Assembly (NCBI GenBank): GCA_965226875.1
Contig: OZ245439.1
Span: 3,601,817-3,665,816, forward strand
DNA from: Dehalococcoidia bacterium
Lineage (GTDB): Bacteria; Chloroflexota; Dehalococcoidia; Lucifugimonadales; UBA3495
Length of the DNA: 64,000 nt
Direction: 5' to 3'
In this document: positions 49,364 to 56,685 of the stretch, piece by piece
Layout of the letters: each line of letters opens with the position of its first letter
How positions within the stretch are numbered: position 1 is the first letter of the stretch
Notes under the pieces: model-generated
Database searches by the model: none
Told to the model about the DNA's origin: nothing
The model's input: only the letters and a program-made list of their open reading frames with translations
Made by a program: the position numbers and the translations under genes

Positions 49364-49395
49364 TATGGGGTGGTTCATGCGTGAACCACCCCATA
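49364..49395. repeat. perfect palindrome TATGGGGTGGTTCA-TGCG-TGAACCACCCCATA (partner at 63372-63407)
   Basis: 14-bp arms read directly. Lies about 80 bp upstream of the first gene of the transfer cluster (49476). Confidence 0.95.
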
Positions 49396-49475
49396 GGGGG
49401 TTCCGACAACCGGCAGTCCGCCTCCACACTTGTTAGCGAACATTAGTTCGTTAAGACAAGCGAAAGGAGGCAACG

Positions 49476-50108
49476 ATGTTCCTGCGGTTCATCCCCACTT
49501 CCGGCAGGGCCAGGCGGCTGATGCTGTTGGCGGCGGCCCCGCTGCTGGCGGCCCTGCCCGCCGTCCGCGCCGCCGCCCCCGCACTGGCCCAGACTCCCCC
49601 AGACCGGCCTCCCGTCTTTGTCAACGAGGACCAGCAGGTCGTCGAGCGCAAGGTCGACGGCCGCTTCATCGCCCGGCCCGTCTTCAGCCGCCCGGTGGAC
49701 GTCCTCTTCTACGCCGTCCGCCACCCCGACAGCGGCGACTGGCTCACCGCCACCTACCGCGCCCAGGGCGGCGAGAACCGGCTCTCCGACGGCTGGGAGT
49801 ACACCATCGAGTACCCCGCCCTGGACGAGTACCCCGCCCTGGACGAGCAGCCCGCCCTGGACCCCGACCAGTCCTACCTGCTGGCACTGCTGGTCAAGAA
49901 CCCCAACGGCGGCGACCCCTACGCCTTCTACGCCCTGATCCCGGAGCACCAGTCCAACAAGCTCTGGGACAAGGTGCTGCAGTCCCTGGAGCCGGACCGC
50001 TGGGGCCGGGCCCTGGCCCGCTGGGCCATCGAGGGCGTCCACGGCACGCTCTGCGGAGTGGTGGAACGGGCCATCGGTGAAGACTCCGCCAACTGCCGGG
50101 AGGGTTAG
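49476..50108 (+). CDS. secreted hypothetical protein (first gene of the transfer cluster)
   Basis: AGGAGG 6 nt upstream. Signal-peptide-like N-terminus RARRLMLLAAAPLLAALPAVRAAAPALAQ. Internal 18-bp x3 repeat (YPALDE YPALDE QPALDP) at 49812-49865. Confidence 0.65.
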   Translation: MFLRFIPTSGRARRLMLLAAAPLLAALPAVRAAAPALAQTPPDRPPVFVNEDQQVVERKVDGRFIARPVFSRPVDVLFYAVRHPDSGDWLTATYRAQGGENRLSDGWEYTIEYPALDEYPALDEQPALDPDQSYLLALLVKNPNGGDPYAFYALIPEHQSNKLWDKVLQSLEPDRWGRALARWAIEGVHGTLCGVVERAIGEDSANCREG

Positions 50109-50113
50109 CGGCT

Positions 50114-51076
50114 ATGGGCGACATCTTCACCGGCACCCCTCCGGGACTCACCTACGAACACGAAATTGTGAAGGCGGCGTGGACCGTGGTCTGGGCCGTT
50201 GCCTCGGGCGCACTGGTGGTGATCCTGGGCTGGATGGGCCTCAGCTTCATCGTCCAGGAGCACCTGGGACATCACCAGTCGGGCTGGCGGGAGATGGTGC
50301 CCCGTCTGGTGCTGGGCTTGGCCGCCGCCGCGTCGTCCCTCTGGTGGTGCGCCCTGGTCATCGACGTGGCCGACGCCGTATCCGGCTTCGTCGCCTCCTC
50401 CCTGGGGGTTACCGCCGGGAACCTGCTGCGGGCGTCGCTCACGACCCTGCTGAAGGCGGCGGCCTCGGGCAGCGTGGGCCTGGTGCTGCTACTGGCCCTG
50501 ATCTACCTGGTCTACGGCTTCTTCGTCATCTACCTGCTGGTGCAGATGGTCCTGCGCCTGGCCCTGATCGACATCCTGCTGGCCCTGGCGCCGGTGGCAT
50601 TGGGGCTGTGGATCCTGCCCCACACGGCGGGCTGGGGACGGCACTGGCTCCGGATGTTCATGACCACGGTGTTCCAGCAGGCGGTGCAGCTCATCGCCCT
50701 GGCCCTCGGCTTCGGGTTCCTGCACGACATGGCGCCCATCTCCCCCTTCGAGCCGGCCCAGGACCTGGTCTGGAAGCTGCTGATGTCCCTGGCCTTCGTC
50801 TACCTGGCCACCCGGGTGCCCTCAATGCTGGGCAACCACGGCACCTTCGACGCTTGGCTACACACCCTCTACTTCGGCATGTCCCTGCCCGGGACCGTGC
50901 TGCGCTCCGGCCAGGCCCTGGCCATGCTGGCCGGTGGTGTGGCCGGCGGCGCCGGGGCGGCCGCGGCGGCGGCCACCAGCGCGACCAGCGCCGCTGTCAA
51001 CGCCGCCAGCTCGGCGGCGCAGACGGGTACGCCCCCGGCCCAGTCCGGGCCTACCCCCAGGAGCTTCGGGCCATAG
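50114..51076 (+). CDS. polytopic membrane protein, VirB6/TrbL-like candidate
   Basis: 320 aa, about 6-7 TM helices and an Ala/Ser-rich tail. The position upstream of pilin-like and VirB4 genes matches VirB6-type channel subunits. The assignment is by topology and context only. Confidence 0.5.
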   Translation: MGDIFTGTPPGLTYEHEIVKAAWTVVWAVASGALVVILGWMGLSFIVQEHLGHHQSGWREMVPRLVLGLAAAASSLWWCALVIDVADAVSGFVASSLGVTAGNLLRASLTTLLKAAASGSVGLVLLLALIYLVYGFFVIYLLVQMVLRLALIDILLALAPVALGLWILPHTAGWGRHWLRMFMTTVFQQAVQLIALALGFGFLHDMAPISPFEPAQDLVWKLLMSLAFVYLATRVPSMLGNHGTFDAWLHTLYFGMSLPGTVLRSGQALAMLAGGVAGGAGAAAAAATSATSAAVNAASSAAQTGTPPAQSGPTPRSFGP

Positions 51077-51191
51077 ACGGAAACGAAAGACATCCCACGC
51101 GGAAAGGAGGCGCGGCGATGTGCCAGTAGAAACGTGGGACTCACCCGAAACGGCAACCAGCAATCTTTCGACATTGTAAGGAGAGAAAGGA

Positions 51192-51479
51192 ATGGCAGAC
51201 CTGACGCAGACCATATCCAACCTGGTGTCCATCCTGCTGGGACTGGTGGGCGTCGTGGGCGTGGGCTACTTCATCTACGGCGCCTACCTATACCTTACCG
51301 CCTCCGGCGCCCCCAACCAGATGGAGCGGGGCAAGAGCGCGATGATGACCGCCCTGGCGGGCATCGTGCTGGCACTGGTGGCCTTCGGCGTGGTGGAACT
51401 GGTGATGAACGCAGTCGTGGGTTCCCCGGTGGACGTGGACTTGCCCAAGCCCACCCCGGCTCCCGATAAGGTCAGCTAG
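51192..51479 (+). CDS. VirB2/TrbC-like pilin candidate
   Basis: 95 aa with two hydrophobic helices separated by a short loop (LVSILLGLVGVVGVGYFIYGAYLYL - TASGAPNQMERGKSAMMT - ALAGIVLALVAFGVVELV). AAGGAG upstream. Confidence 0.55.
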   Translation: MADLTQTISNLVSILLGLVGVVGVGYFIYGAYLYLTASGAPNQMERGKSAMMTALAGIVLALVAFGVVELVMNAVVGSPVDVDLPKPTPAPDKVS

Positions 51480-51489
51480 GAGAGACGAA

Positions 51490-53202
51490 GTGAGAGAGCA
51501 TGAAGTCCCGACCCACGTGCAGGCTGAGGACAAGGTGCTGCTGTGGTTCACCTTCCCCCAGATCGTGGCGGTCTTGGCGGTGTGCGCCGTGTCCTACGGC
51601 GCCTACCGCTACGCCCCCTTCGGTCCCTCCGAAGTGCGGCTGGCACTGGCTGCCCTCCTGGGCATGGTGGGCATCGCAATGATAGTGGGCAAGGTCGGCG
51701 GACGGGGGCTGCCCTTGGTGGTCGCCGACCTGCTCAAGTACCGGCTGGGAGCCAGGCGCTACGCCGGGTCCCCGGCGGAACTGGCCCGCCCTGAGGCCCC
51801 CGCGCCCGATGCGGCGCAGGGCAGGCCCAATCCGCTCCTGCTGCTGGCGCAGCGCATCGGAAAAAGGCTGTCCGGCCTGCGCAAGTCCTGGCGTCGCCGT
51901 CGAGGACGTCGTCCCTTCCGGCCCCACGGCTGGTTCGGCAAGCGCCGCAACCGCCGGGACGGCGACGGCGGCAATCCCGGCAAACCCAAGGAGACCAGGA
52001 ACAAGAAGCCCTGGCGTCTCTCGCTGGCTCTCGCGGCCCTGGCCCTGACGGCCCTGCTCGTACCTCACGCCGCCTTGGCCGACGGCCCCTGGTCCGAGGA
52101 CGCCTGGCGGCTGGACGAGGTCCGGGCCCTGCCGCCCGACCCGGTGCCGGGGCGCGGGCTCTTCGTGGAAGACCTGGCGGTGATCGCCCGAACCGCCTGG
52201 ATCACCATCCGGGCGGCCACCGACCTGAAGCTGGACGCCCGGGCCTACGGCGGCGGCGAGGGGCGCACCCTGACCTTTTTCGTGGCAGACCACATGCAGC
52301 AGGGAGAGGCCGAGATATTCGGTTTCTCCCTGGACGGTCCCAACCCGTCCTTCATTTTCGCCTGGCAGGACGGGCTGGGACAGACCGGGGCGCTGGCCCT
52401 CAAGGGACGGCAACTCCCACACCCCCTGCCTATGGTGGAAGGCGAGGTTTGCAGTCTCAAGGCGGATACCCTGGGCTGGACGCTGGGGGCCATCAGCGGC
52501 GTAGTCGTATCGGAGTGCGCGTCGCAACTGGAGGAGCGGGTGAGCCTGCCGGTGTCCGGCGGGCACCATCGGCAGTCGATGGACGCCATGTTGACCGGAG
52601 CGGTCACCGGCGTAACCGGCACCGTCAGCGTAAGCGCGGGCGGCGCCCGTACCAGCGTCCCCTTCGTCCCCGGCGGCGTAACCAGCTTCCATCTGCCGAT
52701 AGCCTTGGGTGAGGCCGTCCACGACGTCACCATCGAGGCCGCGCTGGAGGCTTCGCTACAGGTGGCTCAGCCCCCGCTGGTGCAACTGACCCATCGCCCC
52801 CAAAGGACGGAGCAGCGCACCGAGACGGTCAGCCTGCTGCGCCCCGGCACCAGCCGCTACGTCAGCCGCACCGTGTCGGTGGCCTTGCCCCCCGATGGCA
52901 GGGTGGTCCAGTACACCATCGGCGCCACCGTCTCCATTCCCAGCGAGACGGTCCAGAAGGACGTCACCCTGGAAATCGACCACCCAGAGCACGTCCGCGC
53001 CGAGGTGGTGCAGCGCGGCCCCCTGGCCCGCAGCCGGAAGGAAACTGTCGTCCTCGATACCACCCTGGCGTCTGACGCATCCTACACGCCCCTGGTCCTG
53101 CCCCAACCCACGCCGGCGCCGCCCACCGCGGAGCACCGGCCCCTGAACGATGACGAGGCGACCGACCTGTTCCAGCGGCCCGGCTGGTGGGAGTGGCCCT
53201 GA
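51490..53202 (+). CDS. PrgI/VirB3-like N-terminal domain fused to a large extracytoplasmic domain
   Basis: The N-terminus VPTHVQAEDKVLLWFTFPQIVAVLAVCAVSYGAY matches the PrgI-family pattern (charged lead, then 2 TM). An Arg-rich linker, a third TM and about 370 aa of unassigned domain follow. GTG start with AGGAG upstream. Confidence 0.55.
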   Translation: MREHEVPTHVQAEDKVLLWFTFPQIVAVLAVCAVSYGAYRYAPFGPSEVRLALAALLGMVGIAMIVGKVGGRGLPLVVADLLKYRLGARRYAGSPAELARPEAPAPDAAQGRPNPLLLLAQRIGKRLSGLRKSWRRRRGRRPFRPHGWFGKRRNRRDGDGGNPGKPKETRNKKPWRLSLALAALALTALLVPHAALADGPWSEDAWRLDEVRALPPDPVPGRGLFVEDLAVIARTAWITIRAATDLKLDARAYGGGEGRTLTFFVADHMQQGEAEIFGFSLDGPNPSFIFAWQDGLGQTGALALKGRQLPHPLPMVEGEVCSLKADTLGWTLGAISGVVVSECASQLEERVSLPVSGGHHRQSMDAMLTGAVTGVTGTVSVSAGGARTSVPFVPGGVTSFHLPIALGEAVHDVTIEAALEASLQVAQPPLVQLTHRPQRTEQRTETVSLLRPGTSRYVSRTVSVALPPDGRVVQYTIGATVSIPSETVQKDVTLEIDHPEHVRAEVVQRGPLARSRKETVVLDTTLASDASYTPLVLPQPTPAPPTAEHRPLNDDEATDLFQRPGWWEWP

Positions 53203-53519
53203 TGCGCCACACCGTTATCTTCCCGCTCCTCGCCGCCGCCCTCCTGGCCTCCGTGGCCGCCGCGCCCGAGGAGGAGTGGGCCGCGATGATCGCCGCTTTT
53301 GACGACGTGCTGACCGGCATGGCCGCCGTCGCCGCCGGGCTGTGCTTCTTCGCCATCGTCTGGGCCGGGTTCGTGCTGATGGCCGAGGGAGCGGAGGGTG
53401 AGGGGCGACGGGGCAAGGCCCGAAATGCCGTGCTGATGGCCGTGGTCGGCCTGGTGGTGGTGCTGTCGGCCAAGGCCATCGCCCTGCTGCTGCTCAGCGG
53501 CATCGTCGGCGTCCCTTAG
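53202..53519 (+). CDS. second VirB2/TrbC-like small membrane protein
   Basis: Signal-like MRHTVIFPLLAAALLASVAAA, then two TM helices around EGAEGEGRRGKARN. The ATG overlaps the upstream TGA (an alternative GTG is at 53187). Confidence 0.5.
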   Translation: MRHTVIFPLLAAALLASVAAAPEEEWAAMIAAFDDVLTGMAAVAAGLCFFAIVWAGFVLMAEGAEGEGRRGKARNAVLMAVVGLVVVLSAKAIALLLLSGIVGVP

Positions 53520-54378
53520 AGCCTGTTTACAATCTCTTCAGGATTAGCACCGCGAAGGCGAGAACCACCATTTGCAGACTGGTATTGAGCTTTCTCTCGC
53601 AGTTCTTCCAGAGGCGGCGGCACTTCTCCAGCCAGCCGAAAGACCGCTCCACCACCCATCGTTTCGGCAGCACCACGAAAGTGTGCAGTTCGTTGCGTTT
53701 CACCACTTCCACCGAGGCTCCCAGCAGGCTCTGCACCGCCGTGGCAAAGGGTTTCCCGGTGTATCCCCCATCCACCAGCACATTCTGCACCTGGCTCAGG
53801 TTGGCCCGGCGCCGGTCAAACATAGCCAAAGCCCCAGCACGGTCGGTAACGTTGGCGGTGGTCACGTGAATCGCATGGGGCAACCCCTGAGTGTCCACGG
53901 CGATGTGGCGCTTGATTCCAGACACCTTCTTGCCCGAGTCATAGCCCTTGTTCTCGGCGCTGTCGGTGTTCTTGACGCTCTGGGAGTCCACGATACAGAA
54001 GCTGGTCCGTTCTTTCCGACCATTGCTTCGCCGGGCCGCGTCAACCGATTTTTTTTAAGACCTGCTCCAGAATGGAATACTTCGCCGGGTCGGGTCGCTC
54101 GCTCCATTGCCGGAAATACTTGTAGCAGGTGCGCCAATCCGGGAAGTCCGCAGGCAGCATCCGCCACTGGCACCCGCTTTTCAGGAGATAGAGCACCCCG
54201 CAGAAAACGTCGTACAGGTCCACGGTGCGGGGCTTAGTCCGGCGGCGGGCCGACTCCAAACAGGGAAGAATCCGGGCAAATTGTTCCCGGCTGATGTCGC
54301 TGGAATAGGAATGAGACATGATTACCCCCTCTGGTAACAGCCTCAACTTAACATATTGCAAAGATCGTAGACAGGCTC
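53519..54378 (-). mobile_element. IS5-family insertion sequence (860 bp) with TTA target duplication, inserted between the pilin-like gene and virB4
   Basis: Ends are GAGCCTGTTTACAATCTCTTC (53519) and reverse GAGCCTGTCTACGATCTTTGC (54378). TTA occurs at 53516-18 and 54379-81. Confidence 0.88.
53527..54319 (-). CDS. IS5-family transposase (orfA/orfB, probable -1 frameshift on an A8 run at 54049-54056)
   Basis: orfA reads MSHSYSSDISREQFARILPCLESARRRTKPRTVDLYDVFCGVLYLLKSGCQWRMLP...LEQVLKK. orfB reads KSVDAARRSNGRKERTSFCIVDSQSVKNTDSAENKGYDSGKKVSGIKRHIAVDTQGLP...VDGGYTG...RWVVERSFGWLEKCRRL. Confidence 0.85.
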
Positions 54379-54413
54379 TTAGACAGAACCAATCACAGGA
54401 GGAGACCAAACTG

Positions 54414-56651
54414 ATGAAAGCGACCCTTGAGAAAGTGAAGGGACTGGCCTTCCCGTTGAGGCGGGCCAGCAACTGGGAACCCGGCGAAGCCATACCTGAA
54501 CCGGCTCCGGTCAAGCCGCCGGCGCCGCTGCCCCTGTTCTTCATGCTGTCCCACCTGGAGGACGACGGGCCGGTGCGCTTGGACGGGGTGAAGCTGGCGG
54601 TGTGCGAGCTGATGGGCCTGGAACTGGACGACGCCAGGCTGGGCGCCTTCGCCGGAGCGCTGAACGCCCTGGACTTACCGGTGCAGTTCCTGGTCCGCCA
54701 GCACCCGCCGGTGCTGGGACCCCTGCGCGACCGGCTGGCCGAGGTACAGCCCGACGACCTGCCCCGGCAGACTCGCGAGTCTGCCGACTCTCTGGGCCGG
54801 CTTTTGACCGACCTGGAGACCCGCGAGGGCATCCTGGACCGGCGATTCTACGCGATCTGCGAGCACGCCCGAGCCGACGAGCTGCGTGGCCTGCTGGCCC
54901 GGGCCGGCCTGGGCGTGTTTCCCATCACTGGGATTCCGCTCCGCCTGCTGCTTTTGGCCTCTACCCTGGGCGGCTCGCCGCGGGAGGGGCAAGAGGACGA
55001 TTCCCTTTCTTTGGAAGTCAACCGGCGGGACATACGCATCGGCGGACACCTGACCCGCTCCCTGCATCTGGGCAAGTGGCCGCGCTCGTTGGCCCCCGGA
55101 TTCCTACAGGGACTGATGGCCACCGGCGCGCCCATGGACCTGGCCCTGCACCTGGACGCCATTCCTTCGGACCAGGCCGCCCGCACTCTGGAATGGCAGA
55201 AGGTCCGCTTCGAGTCGGCTCAATCCTTGTCCCTCAACCGGGGCCGCAGCCTGTCCCCCGAGGCGGAGATCGCCCTGGAGGACGTGAGCAGGCTCAGGGA
55301 CGAGGTGCAGCGGGGACGGGAAAGGCTGTTTCACGCCTCCCTGTCGGTGACGTTACACGCTGACAACGCCGATACCCTGAAGGAGCTGACCCAGAAGGCC
55401 CGGGCCCACTTCGCCGCCACCCTGGGCAAGCTGGACACCCTGGCCTTCCGGCAGCGGGAGGGGCTGCTCTCCACTCTGCCCTTGGGCCTGAACGCTCTGG
55501 CGGTGTGGCGCACGCTGGACACGTCGTCGCTGGCCCGGCTCTTCCCCTTCTCGCCGCCCGACCTGGACACCAGGAGCGGCACCCTCTACGGCATAGACCT
55601 CAGGGCCTGCGCCCCGGTGGTCTACGACCCCTTCGACGGCACTCACCTCAACGCCAATACCGCCGTGCTGGCAAGGTCCGGCAGCGGCAAGTCCTTCGCC
55701 ACCAAGCTGGGGGTGCTGCGGGGCGTCTGCCGGGGTGTGCGCGCCTACGTCATCGACCCGGAGGGCGAGTACGCCGACATGGCGAGGGCCGTCGGCGGAC
55801 GGGTGCTGACCCCCGGTGTCCCCGGCCAGGGGATGAACCCCTTCGTCATCGATCGGGGCGACTCGGAGGAACTGCTCCAGCGTATAGGCAGCCTGCGGCG
55901 GCTGATCGAGGTGATGGTCGGGGAGCGCTTGAGCGCCGAGCGGCGGTCGTCTTTGGACCACGCCCTAGCGGGCTACTACGCCGAGGCCAGAGAGCGCACC
56001 GGATTCCGGGATTTCTACGCCTACTTGGAGCAGAGCGGTGACGGCGACATCGCCCACCTGCTGCGGCCCTTCGCCACCGGCAGCCTGCGCCACCTGCTCT
56101 CCGACGGGGGCGACGACCTGCTGACCCATGAGGCGCTGGTGACAGTCTTCGACCTGCACCTGCTGGAGCCGGAGCTGCGCCCCGCCGCCGCGATGGTCTG
56201 CACCGAGACGGTGTGGGCCGCCGCCGCCCAGGACCCCCGGCCCCGCCTGCTGGTGGTGGACGAGGTCTGGAGCATCATGCAGCACCCTGAAGGCGCGGCC
56301 TTTATGGTCTCAATGGCCAAACGCGCCCGCAAGCACCGCCTGGGGTTGCAGTTCATCACCCAAGACGTGCAGGACCTGCTCAGCGAGGACTCGTCCCGCG
56401 CCATCACCGGCCACAGCGGCCGCGCCCTGCTCCAGAACGCCGCCTTCAAGCTGCTGCTCCAGCAGGACGCCGCCGCCATCAGCACCGTCGGCGAGGCCTT
56501 CGACCTGCCGGTGGAACTGCAACGCTGGCTGCTGTCCTGTCCCAGGGGCGACGGGCTGCTCCTGGCGAGAGGCAACCGCTTTCCCATCCGCATCGAGGCC
56601 ACGCCGGAAGAGACCGAGGTCATCGAGTGGCGCCCCGGTCCGAGGCACTGA
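54414..56651 (+). CDS. virB4: VirB4/TraC-type conjugative transfer ATPase
   Basis: 745 aa from ATG 54414 (AGGAGG 9 nt upstream, restored context once the IS is removed). Walker A ARSGSGKSF and Walker B LLVVDEVWSIM. The track ORF start at 54318 lies inside the IS. Confidence 0.8.
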   Translation: MKATLEKVKGLAFPLRRASNWEPGEAIPEPAPVKPPAPLPLFFMLSHLEDDGPVRLDGVKLAVCELMGLELDDARLGAFAGALNALDLPVQFLVRQHPPVLGPLRDRLAEVQPDDLPRQTRESADSLGRLLTDLETREGILDRRFYAICEHARADELRGLLARAGLGVFPITGIPLRLLLLASTLGGSPREGQEDDSLSLEVNRRDIRIGGHLTRSLHLGKWPRSLAPGFLQGLMATGAPMDLALHLDAIPSDQAARTLEWQKVRFESAQSLSLNRGRSLSPEAEIALEDVSRLRDEVQRGRERLFHASLSVTLHADNADTLKELTQKARAHFAATLGKLDTLAFRQREGLLSTLPLGLNALAVWRTLDTSSLARLFPFSPPDLDTRSGTLYGIDLRACAPVVYDPFDGTHLNANTAVLARSGSGKSFATKLGVLRGVCRGVRAYVIDPEGEYADMARAVGGRVLTPGVPGQGMNPFVIDRGDSEELLQRIGSLRRLIEVMVGERLSAERRSSLDHALAGYYAEARERTGFRDFYAYLEQSGDGDIAHLLRPFATGSLRHLLSDGGDDLLTHEALVTVFDLHLLEPELRPAAAMVCTETVWAAAAQDPRPRLLVVDEVWSIMQHPEGAAFMVSMAKRARKHRLGLQFITQDVQDLLSEDSSRAITGHSGRALLQNAAFKLLLQQDAAAISTVGEAFDLPVELQRWLLSCPRGDGLLLARGNRFPIRIEATPEETEVIEWRPGPRH

Positions 56652-56685
56652 ACCGGAACTCCGAATCCATAGAGAGGCAATCACA

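Noticed and set aside
49364-49395. The paired palindromes as simple rho-independent terminators.
   Set aside because: Neither is followed by a T-tract on either strand. Both sit upstream, not downstream, of operons.
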